Counted from the stretch's first letter, positions 7,264 through 16,712 are shown. The stretch: 64,000 bases of DNA from Candidatus Saccharimonadota bacterium (GCA_030645815.1 JAUSMW010000149.1:22510-86509); one strand, 5' to 3'. The notes: generated by a model from the letters alone, not told the origin. Program-made: numbers and translations.

Positions 7264-8006
7264 TGTCGTGGATCTATGCCGGATTTCATCAAGTTAACGG
7301 TAGAAAATGCCATAATCATTGCTGCAGAGGGTTCTGTATCGTCAGAAAAAATATTTTTAGCTAAGGATTTTTCAAAGGCTGTTAAAACTTCTTCTCTTTC
7401 CCCCCGGATACACCATTCGTCCCACAAAATCGGTATCATACGCTGTAAGATTGCCGCGTCAAGCTCAGCGTACTCCATGTTAGGAATAATATAGGGATCA
7501 AGGTCGATAAATTTAGGAATATCGACACCTTGGCTTTGATCAACAACAATCATATCGCTCATTATCATTTGTAGCCCTGGTCTATATTCATGATCTTTGT
7601 TAAACAATTTTCCTAGGCTAGTAGCTAGCTTAATTTTAATTTCGGTTGATGCCTCTGATACAGGAATTGTGTTTGTGAGATCTTCAACAATAAGTACAGC
7701 GGACTTTTCATCGACACTGATTACAGAATGGCGGGCCGTCTCAATGCCAATTTCTTCAAATAATTCATTAAATCGCTGTAGAGATATGGAGAATGGAGGA
7801 CTATTTGGCGATGCTTCAGAAAAGCCATCAAGGTTATATTTTCGAACAACAAATGTTTGACCGTCTTCCTCTTTGCAGCGGATAACCTCTTTGCCACTTC
7901 CGTAACTTAATAGTTCTATATGTTCAGCTGCTTGCAACCTGTCTAATAGCAGTTGGGATGCTGTGTCAACTTGCTCTTGTGGAGAAAGTGTTTCGGTTAT
8001 GGCCAT
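7260..8006 (-). CDS. Hypothetical protein (weak kinase-like pattern)
   Basis: 248 aa. FVVRKY, LIVEDL and FIDLDPY are spaced like the beta3-Lys, hinge and DFG-like elements of APH/kinase folds, but there is no clear HxD catalytic loop. Confidence 0.45.
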   Translation of the reverse strand: MAITETLSPQEQVDTASQLLLDRLQAAEHIELLSYGSGKEVIRCKEEDGQTFVVRKYNLDGFSEASPNSPPFSISLQRFNELFEEIGIETARHSVISVDEKSAVLIVEDLTNTIPVSEASTEIKIKLATSLGKLFNKDHEYRPGLQMIMSDMIVVDQSQGVDIPKFIDLDPYIIPNMEYAELDAAILQRMIPILWDEWCIRGEREEVLTAFEKSLAKNIFSDDTEPSAAMIMAFSTVNLMKSGIDPRH

Positions 8007-8088
8007 TGTTTGTAACTCCTAAATTATTTTCGAATCATATCATCAGAATTGAGAGTATGCAAGCATAGGCCTGATATCATGTTTATTT

Positions 8089-8097
8089 TGCTACAAT
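8089..8097 (+). promoter_or_regulatory. Extended -10 box (TGcTACAAT) 6 nt upstream of the rmuC ATG
   Basis: TGCTACAAT at 8089-8097, then AGGTAT, then ATG at 8104. There is no SD. Confidence 0.35.
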
Positions 8098-8103
8098 AGG
8101 TAT

Positions 8104-9171
8104 ATGGATAGTTTGGGCGTCATCATAGGGGTAATTATTATTGCAGTGGTTGTTATTGTTGCAGCAATTTATTTTGTTGGCCAAAAGATGTTGTTACAGC
8201 TCGCAACTGCGAACGAGGACAAACGAAAAGGCAGTAAAGAAGAGATAGAATCTGGTGTTAAGGGGATATTGGCTGATAACCAAAAACTACTGGCCGAAAT
8301 AACCAAAAACCTCGAAAAGCAGCTAGATAACAGCCGCAGAGAAGTGGGTGGTTTAAAAGAGCAAAATGCAGCAATTCGTGAGCAGCTGCTCAATACAGCA
8401 AAAATCACCGAAGGTCTGCAGGTTTCGACTGACGGGCTAAAGAACCTACTGTCAAATAATCGGCTGCGCGGTGAATGGGGCGAGCAGATTGCCGAAGATT
8501 TGCTATTAGCCGCTGGTTTTGTTGAAAAAGTAAACTTTGTAAAACAAAGCACAACGGCTGCTGGTAGGCCTGATTTCACAATCTTGTTGCCAGATGGTTC
8601 AAAACTAAATGTCGATGCCAAGTTTCCGTTTGACGAACTAATCACCTATCAAAATGCCAAAACACCACAGGAACGCAAGCAAATACTAAAGAAATTTTCA
8701 GACTCGATAAAGACAAAGGTCAAAGAGGTGACATCGAAAGATTATATAAATCCGCAAGACAGTACCTTGGATTTTGTAGTCATGTTCATACCTAACGAGA
8801 TGATTTTTAGTTTTATCTACGAAAAACTACCAGAGATAAACGAGTACTGTAACCAGCGCAAAGTTATATTAGCTGGTCCATTTGGCTTTACTGCAGTACT
8901 GCGCCTCGTTATGCAGGCCTACAAAAACTTTGGTTACGAAAAGAACCTACAGGAAATATTTGGTTTGGTCTCAAAGTTCCAGGACGAGTATGTAAAATTT
9001 GGTGACCATGTACAGCGTCTCGGCAGCCAAATAGACACTGCGCAAAAGACCTTTCACGAAGTCGAAGGGGTTCGTAGTAGGACACTGACAAAAGTTGCCG
9101 ACCAAATAGCTAGTAAATCACAGCTATCAGCTGGAAAACCAGGCAATGACAAATTAAAGATTAGTGACTAG
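8104..9171 (+). CDS. rmuC: DNA recombination protein RmuC
   Basis: N-terminal TM and coiled coil, then ...RLRGEWGEQIAEDLL...RPDFTILLPDGSKLNVDAKFP..., a typical RmuC nuclease-like core. Confidence 0.85.
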   Translation: MDSLGVIIGVIIIAVVVIVAAIYFVGQKMLLQLATANEDKRKGSKEEIESGVKGILADNQKLLAEITKNLEKQLDNSRREVGGLKEQNAAIREQLLNTAKITEGLQVSTDGLKNLLSNNRLRGEWGEQIAEDLLLAAGFVEKVNFVKQSTTAAGRPDFTILLPDGSKLNVDAKFPFDELITYQNAKTPQERKQILKKFSDSIKTKVKEVTSKDYINPQDSTLDFVVMFIPNEMIFSFIYEKLPEINEYCNQRKVILAGPFGFTAVLRLVMQAYKNFGYEKNLQEIFGLVSKFQDEYVKFGDHVQRLGSQIDTAQKTFHEVEGVRSRTLTKVADQIASKSQLSAGKPGNDKLKISD

Positions 9172-9639
9172 TAGAGATATTGCGACTAATACGATGGTTG
9201 ATACCAACGCAATAATCAAGCTATAAGTTCGTAGCAGCCAAGTAAATGCTACATATGCCAAAATACTGAGGATTGTCAGGATGAGCAACTGCAAAGGCCA
9301 TGCAGCTTTAGCCAAGAATACGCCATATATGCTCCACAGGCTGATGGTGACGGCTAGGGCGACTAGTAATGGTCTGTAGACAGAAGCTTGCAAGAGCATC
9401 ACGACGGCGAGGATTGCAGCTATGACGCTGGCGATATGAAATGAGATTTGTGCGCTTTGCGTACAGTTTCCTACCTCATTAGCGTTACATATAGCAGGTT
9501 GTAAAACTACTTTGTCAATCGCAAAGGTCAAGAGAAGCGTCACTATACTAGCGACAATAGCTGTCAAGACAACACCAATAAAAGTGCGTCGGGTAAAGTT
9601 TGCGAACGGCGAATCTAGTTGGGCTAAATCAGAATCCAT
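9154..9639 (-). CDS. Hypothetical polytopic membrane protein
   Basis: 161 aa with about 4 TM segments. The 3' end overlaps the convergent rmuC by 18 nt. Confidence 0.5.
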   Translation of the reverse strand: MDSDLAQLDSPFANFTRRTFIGVVLTAIVASIVTLLLTFAIDKVVLQPAICNANEVGNCTQSAQISFHIASVIAAILAVVMLLQASVYRPLLVALAVTISLWSIYGVFLAKAAWPLQLLILTILSILAYVAFTWLLRTYSLIIALVSTIVLVAISLLVTNL

Positions 9640-9677
9640 AATCTCTCTCTTTTCTACAATTATAATAAACTATTTAT

Positions 9678-9695
9678 AACTATTGTGCAATAGTT
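9678..9695. promoter_or_regulatory. 18-bp palindrome AACTATTG-TG-CAATAGTT in a divergent intergenic region
   Basis: Perfect 8-bp arms (9678-9685/9688-9695) between the 9639 membrane gene and the MIP channel gene. Confidence 0.3.
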
Positions 9696-9722
9696 GCCTC
9701 CTCCAGCTGGGTAGTCATCGCA

Positions 9723-9752
9723 TTGACAAACCAATCAACACTTATGTACAAT
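9723..9752 (+). promoter_or_regulatory. Sigma70-like promoter of the MIP channel gene
   Basis: TTGACA (9723-9728), N18, TACAAT (9747-9752). SD GGAGGG lies upstream of the ATG at 9793. Confidence 0.5.
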
Positions 9753-9792
9753 TAGCTCCATAAAGATAGATAAACGGAGGGATTACCGGATT

Positions 9793-10560
9793 ATGGCAAC
9801 TAAAAAAGCCAGTACAAAGAAGAAAACAACAACTGTAAGAAAAAGTGTTAGTAGCTCATCAAACTCAAAAGATTTGATTTTGAATGCACCAATAGGTGCC
9901 TTGTTCGGCGAACTAATCGGAACATTTTTGCTAGCAGCAATAGTGATTTCAACGCAAGGTCAACCAATTTTCGTATTGTTTGCACTAACTGCAATTGTGT
10001 TAACTGTAGGTAACCTATCAGGTGCACACGTTAACCCAGCTATCACATTTGGTGCTTGGGCAACCAAAAAAATTCCTACTGCAAAAGCAGTTGGGTACAT
10101 CATTTTCCAGGTTCTAGGTGCAATGCTCGCATTTGCAGCTTTGAATGCACTACTAGGCGGTCAAGCATCTAGTGCGAGCCCATACACTGGTCAGGTAACA
10201 AAACCAGAGCTATTTGCTGCAACGCAATTGGTGAGTGGTAAAGAATGGTACGCGTTCTACGCTAGCGTTCTAGGTATGAGCATATTTGGATTTGCAGTTG
10301 CTGCTGCACTACGTGAAACCAAGGAACGCTTTGCTGCAGCCTTTACAGTAGGTGGTGGTTTGTTCCTAGGTTTGATTGTTGCTGGCTCTACAGCAATCTT
10401 GAACCCAGCAGTCGCAGTTGCCTTGCAAGCCTTCTCCAACCTAAAAGGTAGTGATGCCCTATGGTATGCAATCCTAGCACAAGTTATTGCGCCACTAATA
10501 GGTTCAGCAATTGGCTTCTTTATCTATGACTATCTACGTCGTGATGTTGATGGCAAGTAA
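9793..10560 (+). CDS. MIP/aquaporin-family channel
   Basis: Two NPA boxes (GAHVNPAITFG and ILNPAVAVA) and six hydrophobic segments. There is an unusual K/S/T-rich 30-aa N-terminal tail. Confidence 0.85.
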   Translation: MATKKASTKKKTTTVRKSVSSSSNSKDLILNAPIGALFGELIGTFLLAAIVISTQGQPIFVLFALTAIVLTVGNLSGAHVNPAITFGAWATKKIPTAKAVGYIIFQVLGAMLAFAALNALLGGQASSASPYTGQVTKPELFAATQLVSGKEWYAFYASVLGMSIFGFAVAAALRETKERFAAAFTVGGGLFLGLIVAGSTAILNPAVAVALQAFSNLKGSDALWYAILAQVIAPLIGSAIGFFIYDYLRRDVDGK

Positions 10561-10582
10561 GAACTAGCTTATAGTATCGTGC

Positions 10583-10613
10583 AAAAACCCGCCTGTGTGT
10601 CAGGCGGGTTTTT
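10583..10613 (+). terminator. Rho-independent terminator after the MIP gene
   Basis: AAAAACCCGCCTG-TGTGT-CAGGCGGGTTTTT. The 8-bp GC stem is 10588-10595/10601-10608, with the T-run at 10609-10613. Confidence 0.85.
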
Positions 10614-10632
10614 CGTGCTAGAATATTAAGCA

Positions 10633-10854
10633 ATGGCATTATACGTAAATAGAGACGAAAAACGTTCACAGTATCAAGAAAAAATTGCTGCTGATTTAAA
10701 AGGCAAGCTAAAGACCACGGATATCCAGGCTGAAAAAGTCGAGTCAACAATGCTAGAAGGCGTTCATCAGACACGTACAGCAGGCTTGGTTATTGCAGGC
10801 TTGCTGTTGCTAGTTGTTATTGTAGCCGTTATCGTGATGTTTAAGAACGGGTAA
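10633..10854 (+). CDS. Small tail-anchored membrane protein
   Basis: 73 aa: a charged N-terminal half and a C-terminal TM (AGLVIAGLLLLVVIVAVIVMF). Confidence 0.45.
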   Translation: MALYVNRDEKRSQYQEKIAADLKGKLKTTDIQAEKVESTMLEGVHQTRTAGLVIAGLLLLVVIVAVIVMFKNG

Positions 10855-10860
10855 ATTAGC

Positions 10861-11730
10861 ATGAGTTCACAACAAACAAATAACCAGTCATCCCCAGTTA
10901 ATAAACCGTCGCAAGGCGATAATATTTTTGTCGTCAAACCAGAACCTAAAAAACCTGTTAACAAAAAAACTATATGGCTGACAATTATCTTGACGACACT
11001 TGGAATTTTGGTTCTTATTGCAGTTTTTTTCGCAGCAATAGTTGGTTCGGCTGGTAGCCTAGCTAATGATTATCGTAATTTGGCACACAAGCAAATTAAA
11101 AAATTAGATACACCGATAAAAAACATTGAACCTAGACTAGTTTTGAGCAATCGCAATATTGATTCGTCACTCAACACGATATATGTCAGCAGGCAATCCC
11201 AGCCTGCTCTAGAAAACACACTGTTTGTTGGCGGATGGAGCTCGCAATATGTCAAAGCCGAAAAGCTACAAGTATCAGTAAAAGCTCACTACAAATCGCT
11301 AGACACGTACACAGTACAGTTAGACAAGCTAATAAAATTTGATGATGGTGTAACCGCTATCATGCAACAAGAGCCTGGTCTAATAGCTAAAGCTAACCCG
11401 GACGATTCATTAAGTCTTCGCTCGGTTGGTGGCAGTTATCAAGATTTCGCAAGTCAAATAGAAAAGCTCGATAGTCCAGAACAATTAACTGCTATCAAAA
11501 AAGATTTAGTACAAACATACAAGAATCGTGCAACCATATACAAAAAATGGGCACTGGCTGTAGAGGCAGGTGATAAATCTACCACAGCAACTAACCAAGC
11601 CTTGCTGATAGAGCAAAATAACAAAGCTATCGTCTTGGTAACTGACAAAAAATACATCGCATTATTTACACCTAGCTACAAAAAAATACTCGTCACCCAA
11701 AAAGCACTCGAAACTGCCCTCTCAAACTGA
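10861..11730 (+). CDS. Membrane-anchored hypothetical protein
   Basis: 289 aa with one N-terminal TM (IWLTIILTTLGILVLIAVFFAAIV) and a helical extracytoplasmic part. Confidence 0.55.
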   Translation: MSSQQTNNQSSPVNKPSQGDNIFVVKPEPKKPVNKKTIWLTIILTTLGILVLIAVFFAAIVGSAGSLANDYRNLAHKQIKKLDTPIKNIEPRLVLSNRNIDSSLNTIYVSRQSQPALENTLFVGGWSSQYVKAEKLQVSVKAHYKSLDTYTVQLDKLIKFDDGVTAIMQQEPGLIAKANPDDSLSLRSVGGSYQDFASQIEKLDSPEQLTAIKKDLVQTYKNRATIYKKWALAVEAGDKSTTATNQALLIEQNNKAIVLVTDKKYIALFTPSYKKILVTQKALETALSN

Positions 11731-11748
11731 TATACTAGCTAGCAGTAT

Positions 11749-12759
11749 ATGAGTGATTCTGTTGACCAAGTACAAAAGAAATTAACTCAGTTGATTTCCC
11801 AATCAACTTCGCCGCGCGAAGCTTTGAGGTCTAGTGAGCTAAAGTCGCTGTATGCAGAGTTACCAAAGCTGCCCGTCAATGAACGCTCTGCATATGGTCA
11901 AAAGATTAATAATCTAAAACAAAAACTAGAAACCGCTGTGAATGAGCGCGAAGAGTCTTTAGCTCAGTCTGACCGTGAGCCAATAGATGTGACTGCTCCT
12001 TTTGATATTAATGCGCCATCGCCAGATTTGTTACCAACTGGGCAGGGTACAACCCACCCACTCAATACAGAACTAGCGAATGTTATCGATATTTTCACTC
12101 GAATGGGGTTTGCGGCGGTAGAATCTCGCCAGATAGATGATGATTATCACATGTTCACCAGTTTAAACTTTCCCGAGAATCATCCAGCACGTGATGGATA
12201 CGATACATTCCGAACCTCGGAAGGATTAGTACCACCAGCTCATACCAGTACAATGCAAAATCGCATACTAAAGGCTGGCAAGAAAGATTTGGAAAATGGC
12301 GGGCAGATTGCCGCAATTAGCTATGGTCGTGTATTTCGTAACGAAGATTTGGATGCTACGCACGAGCATACTTTTTATCAGGTAGAAGGCATATTTGTTA
12401 GCAGCGATGCTAATTTAGCACAAATGATGGGTACATTACGTAGCTTTTTCGAAGTATATTATGGGCAAAAGCTCAAAACAAAAACTCAACCAGCATATTT
12501 TCCATTTGTAGAGCCTGGACTAGAGTTTGCAATTGAAAAACCTGCTGCGCTAGGTGGCAAACCTGGCGAATGGCTAGAAATGCTCGGTTGTGGAATGATA
12601 CATCCAAATGTCTTACGCGAGGCAGGTATTGATTCTGCAAAATATCGTGGCTTTGCCTGGGGTGGTGGTGTTGAGCGCTTAGTTATGCTCAAATACGGTA
12701 TCGAGGACCTACGTCATTTCGAGTCGGGTAAACTAGCATTTTTGAGGAAATTCGCATGA
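11749..12759 (+). CDS. pheS: Phenylalanine--tRNA ligase alpha subunit
   Basis: Class II aaRS motifs: ...HPARDGYDTF..., ...GRVFRNEDLDATHEHTFYQVEG..., ...GFAWGGGVERLVMLKYGIEDLR. Confidence 0.95.
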   Translation: MSDSVDQVQKKLTQLISQSTSPREALRSSELKSLYAELPKLPVNERSAYGQKINNLKQKLETAVNEREESLAQSDREPIDVTAPFDINAPSPDLLPTGQGTTHPLNTELANVIDIFTRMGFAAVESRQIDDDYHMFTSLNFPENHPARDGYDTFRTSEGLVPPAHTSTMQNRILKAGKKDLENGGQIAAISYGRVFRNEDLDATHEHTFYQVEGIFVSSDANLAQMMGTLRSFFEVYYGQKLKTKTQPAYFPFVEPGLEFAIEKPAALGGKPGEWLEMLGCGMIHPNVLREAGIDSAKYRGFAWGGGVERLVMLKYGIEDLRHFESGKLAFLRKFA

Positions 12760-13259
12760 TGGAAAATATACAAATTGTTGACGAAAACGACGTAATAATT
12801 GGGTACAAGCCGCGCAATCAAGTTGACTATGAAAAAGACATCTATCGTTCATCAGTCATCTGGATAATAAATTCTGATGGCGAAGCATTGATTGCTCAAA
12901 GGAAAATGACTAAAGATAAAGATCCAGGGTTGTGGGGCCCATCTGTTGCGGGCACAGTCGAACAGGATGAGACCTACGACTCAAATGCCTACAAAGAAGC
13001 TGAGGAAGAAGTCGGCTTGACTGGCTATACACTTGAAAAACTCGAAAAGAATCTAGTAATCACTACGCGACGTCATTTTGTGCAGCTATACAAAGCTGTG
13101 GTTGACGAGCCATTAGAATATTTCACACCTCAGCCCGAAGAGGTAGAAGCAGTAGAATGGGTTAAATTAGTAGATTTGCTAAAGGATATAGAGGTTAATT
13201 CTGATAAATATGTTCCTAGTATTAGTCTAGGCCTTAAGGTTTTGGAGAAGTCACTATGA
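12756..13259 (+). CDS. Nudix hydrolase (IDI/YfcD-like subfamily)
   Basis: Nudix box GTVEQDETYDSNAYKEAEEEVGL. There are ATGA overlaps with both pheS and pheT. Confidence 0.8.
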   Translation: MMENIQIVDENDVIIGYKPRNQVDYEKDIYRSSVIWIINSDGEALIAQRKMTKDKDPGLWGPSVAGTVEQDETYDSNAYKEAEEEVGLTGYTLEKLEKNLVITTRRHFVQLYKAVVDEPLEYFTPQPEEVEAVEWVKLVDLLKDIEVNSDKYVPSISLGLKVLEKSL

Positions 13260-15751
13260 TTGTCTCGATAAATTGGCTCAAACAATATGTCAAAATTGAC
13301 AGACCAATCGAGGAGCTTGCAACTATCATTGGTGCGCGCCTAGTTGAGATAGAAGAAATCATAGATTTGGGCAAAAAATACCAAGGTATAGTTGTTGCCA
13401 AAATAGTATCTGTCGACAAACATCCAAATGCTGACAAGCTACACATCTGTAAAATCGATGACGGAGGAAAAACAAAAGGCGTGAAACGCGATAGCGATGG
13501 GTTGGTACAAGTCGTCTGTGGAGCGCCAAATGTTCGCAAAGGATTATTAGTTGCCTGGTTGCCACCGAAATCTACTGTTCCAGCTAGCTTTGACGACGAC
13601 GAACCATTTATATTAGGTGCGCGCGAGCTCCGTGGCGTTGTCAGCAACGGTATGTTGGCTAGTGCAAAAGAACTAGCAATCGGCGATAGCCATGAGGGCA
13701 TATTAGAAGTTGATGTCAATGCCAAGCCAGGTGATGATTTTGCTCTAGCTTATGAGCTAAATGATTATCTATTAGATATTGAAAACAAATCGCTGACTCA
13801 TCGTCCAGACTGTTTCGGTATCATCGGATTGGCTCGTGAAATTGCAGCCATAACCAATCAGCAATTCAAAACACCAAACTGGCTACTAGAGACTAAAACC
13901 ACTATCAAACGCAATCCATCTGCTTCTGCTCCACTAAAGGTTAATATCAAAAATACAGAGCTTTCAAGTCGTTACCAGGCAGTTGTGCTTAATAGTGATA
14001 GTGAAAAAACTATCTCTCCTATTTTGGTACAAAGCTGGCTAGCTAGAACTGGAATAAAGCCAATTAGTCCAATCGTCGACGTGACAAACTATTTAATGGC
14101 TCTAACGGGACAACCACTACATGCTTTTGATTATGACAAATTTACAAGTTTAAATAGTGGCAAAGCCGAGATAGTTGTTCGTGCTGGTAAAAAAGGTGAA
14201 AAATTAAAATTATTAGATACTCGTGAGATTATCTTGACGCCACAAGATATCGTAATTGCTAGCGGTGATACGCCTGTAGCGCTTGCAGGGGCAATGGGCG
14301 GGTTATCAACGGCGATTGATGGCAGCACCAAAAACATCTTGCTAGAAAGCGCGAGTTTCAACCTATATAACCTTCGCAGTACGCAAATGCGGCATGGTAT
14401 ATTCACCGACGCAATAACTCGCTTTACTAAAGGCCAGTCACCCGAACAAACTGCACCAGTACTATCACAAGCAGTCGATATGCTCTATAATTTAGTCGAT
14501 GCCGAAGTGACCAGCCCTGTAGTTGAACAATATCCTGGCAAGCAAAAGCCAGTTGTTGTAGAGACAAAAACTTCAATAATCAACCAAATCTTGGGTGCTG
14601 ATTATACGAACAGTTTGATAACCTCTACGCTCAAGCATGCCGAGTTTGATGTGACTGGTAGTGGTGACCAACTGAAAATCACCACTCCATACTGGCGCGC
14701 AGATATACATATAGCAGAGGATATTGCCGAAGAAATCGGTCGTATAAATGGTTACGACGAAATCACGACTGGCTTGCCAGTTCGACCATTCGTTGCAACT
14801 AGCCCTACGGATCTAGAGGAACTAAAGCAGAATATTCGCTCTATCTTGGTACGGTCCGGAGCTAACGATATCTTGAGCTACAGTTTTGTGCACGGTGATT
14901 TGTTGCAATCAGTCGGACAAAAAACGAGTGATTCATTTGCGATAACAAATGCAATCAGTCCAAAACTGCAATACTATCGCCAAACACTGACGCCGAGCTT
15001 ACTCGAACTAGTGCATCCTAATATAAAGGCAGGATATGGTGAATTCTCGTTATTTGAAATAAACAAAACTCATAACAAGGTGCATAGTAAAGATAGCGAT
15101 GGGCTGCCCGACGAGTTAGAAATGACAGCTTTGGTTTACGCTAATAAAAAATCGTCCAAGAGCTCAGCCTTTTATAACGTTAGATCCCAGCTAGACTTTT
15201 TGGCTACTCAGCTTGGTTTGGTTTTTGAGTATTCAACAATAGATAAAAAACCTAATTATCCAGTTACTGCACCTTTCGACTACAGTCGCAGTGCGTATAT
15301 AACCGAGAAAAATTCAGGCGTGTTTATAGGTATTATTGGCGAATATCGCCAGACAGTTATCAAAAACCTCAAGCTACCGAACACCGTCGCTGGATGCGAA
15401 CTAGGTACAGAAGATATTTTAAAGGCCGTTAACCTAACAAAAGGTACTAGTTATAGGTCAATTAGCAAGTACCCAGGCACTTCACAGGATATTACTTTGC
15501 AGGTAACGCAACAGACTAGCTTTGCGCAAGTTTGGAACGTCCTTTTCGACGATGCTCTAAAGGACGTCGAACTAGAGTGGAGTCTGCGACCAATAGGCGT
15601 GTATCAACCAGATGACGCAAAGACGAAAAATATGACTTTCCGTATTCAACTCACCGACCACGACAAAACAATTACCCGTGAACAGGCAAACGAGGTCATT
15701 ACCTTGGTGACAAGCACTGCCGCAAAGAAACTAGACGCAAGAATAGTCTGA
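13256..15751 (+). CDS. pheT: Phenylalanine--tRNA ligase beta subunit
   Basis: 831 aa. N-terminal tRNA-binding (EMAP/OB) domain ...HPNADKLHICKIDDGG...VCGAPN..., plus B3/4 and B5 domains and a C-terminal FDX-ACB-like domain. Confidence 0.95.
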   Translation: MIVSINWLKQYVKIDRPIEELATIIGARLVEIEEIIDLGKKYQGIVVAKIVSVDKHPNADKLHICKIDDGGKTKGVKRDSDGLVQVVCGAPNVRKGLLVAWLPPKSTVPASFDDDEPFILGARELRGVVSNGMLASAKELAIGDSHEGILEVDVNAKPGDDFALAYELNDYLLDIENKSLTHRPDCFGIIGLAREIAAITNQQFKTPNWLLETKTTIKRNPSASAPLKVNIKNTELSSRYQAVVLNSDSEKTISPILVQSWLARTGIKPISPIVDVTNYLMALTGQPLHAFDYDKFTSLNSGKAEIVVRAGKKGEKLKLLDTREIILTPQDIVIASGDTPVALAGAMGGLSTAIDGSTKNILLESASFNLYNLRSTQMRHGIFTDAITRFTKGQSPEQTAPVLSQAVDMLYNLVDAEVTSPVVEQYPGKQKPVVVETKTSIINQILGADYTNSLITSTLKHAEFDVTGSGDQLKITTPYWRADIHIAEDIAEEIGRINGYDEITTGLPVRPFVATSPTDLEELKQNIRSILVRSGANDILSYSFVHGDLLQSVGQKTSDSFAITNAISPKLQYYRQTLTPSLLELVHPNIKAGYGEFSLFEINKTHNKVHSKDSDGLPDELEMTALVYANKKSSKSSAFYNVRSQLDFLATQLGLVFEYSTIDKKPNYPVTAPFDYSRSAYITEKNSGVFIGIIGEYRQTVIKNLKLPNTVAGCELGTEDILKAVNLTKGTSYRSISKYPGTSQDITLQVTQQTSFAQVWNVLFDDALKDVELEWSLRPIGVYQPDDAKTKNMTFRIQLTDHDKTITREQANEVITLVTSTAAKKLDARIV

Positions 15752-15785
15752 TATAATACATAGTTAATGCAAAGAGAGGCAGTAA

Positions 15786-16355
15786 ATGGAAAAATCATCA
15801 ACATCTAGAGCACAAAAAATTGTCATTTGGTTTATCATCGTAGCGATGTCAATCGGTTCAGTTGGTGCATATTTCGTAGTGATTATCGCGAATGAAAACC
15901 AAAAACGTGATACCGAAAAACAAGCAGCGGCACAAAAAGTAGCGCAGAAAAAAGCAGCAGAGGAGGCAGCGAAAGTGAAAGAACCATTAGACGGATATAC
16001 AGCAGAGGCTTTTGACAAAGCAACAGTGACCAAATTAAACGTAGAAACTCTAGTAGCAGGCACCGGCAAAGCGGCAAAGAAGACATCGACTGTTAGCGCA
16101 AACTACTTTGGATGGACTAGTGATGGCAAAATTTTCGATAGTAGCAAAAAAGACGGCGTGACTACACCTGTGAGTTTCCCGCTCAACCAAGTTATATCGG
16201 GGTGGACAGAGAGTCTAACTGGAGTAAAAGAAGGCAGCGTGGTTAAACTAACTATACCTAGTGACAAAGCGTACGGTGAAACCGGAGCACCATCTGGCGG
16301 CATTGGTCCGAACGAACCACTTGTCTTTATTGTCGAGCTAAAATCCGTCAAATAA
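15786..16355 (+). CDS. FKBP-type peptidyl-prolyl isomerase, membrane-anchored
   Basis: N-terminal TM, then ...VSANYFGWTSDGKIFDSS...VISGWTESLTGVKEGSVVKLTIPSDKAYGE...PLVFIVELKSV. Confidence 0.85.
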   Translation: MEKSSTSRAQKIVIWFIIVAMSIGSVGAYFVVIIANENQKRDTEKQAAAQKVAQKKAAEEAAKVKEPLDGYTAEAFDKATVTKLNVETLVAGTGKAAKKTSTVSANYFGWTSDGKIFDSSKKDGVTTPVSFPLNQVISGWTESLTGVKEGSVVKLTIPSDKAYGETGAPSGGIGPNEPLVFIVELKSVK

Positions 16356-16391
16356 CGCTACATATAGTACAAAACTACAACATATAGTGTC

Positions 16392-16421
16392 TTGACCCAA
16401 GGTGCTAACGCTATATATAAT
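16392..16421 (+). promoter_or_regulatory. Sigma70-like promoter of the grx-trxB operon
   Basis: TTGACC (16392-16397), N18, TATAAT (16416-16421). The ORF-track TTG start at 16392 is this -35 box. Confidence 0.5.
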
Positions 16422-16460
16422 AATGATAAAGCTATTACAAAAACAGACATAGGAGATAAA

Positions 16461-16712
16461 ATGTCAAAAAACATCACCGTTTATACAACCAACGCCTGCG
16501 CATATTGCTTGATGGTTAAAAAATACCTAGAAAGCAAAGGCCAAGAATATAAAATCGTTAATCTTGATGAACAGCCAGAGCAGCGTGAAACATTACGCAA
16601 GATTAGCGGTGTTCAAACGGTACCAGTCACGGTTATTCAGAACGAGTCAGCCGAACCATCTATCACGGTTGGTTGGAATCCTAGTAAACTATCAGCAGCA
16701 CTCGCAGCCTAA
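16461..16712 (+). CDS. Glutaredoxin/NrdH-like redoxin
   Basis: The ATG at 16461 is preceded by AGGAG (16451-16455). CAYC active site and cis-Pro motif TVP. Confidence 0.8.
   Translation: MSKNITVYTTNACAYCLMVKKYLESKGQEYKIVNLDEQPEQRETLRKISGVQTVPVTVIQNESAEPSITVGWNPSKLSAALAA

Noticed and set aside
16392-16460. TTG-initiated N-terminal extension of the glutaredoxin ORF (track start 16392).
   Set aside because: The TTG is part of a TTGACC -35 box with TATAAT 18 nt downstream. The ATG at 16461 has an AGGAG SD and gives a normal-length redoxin.
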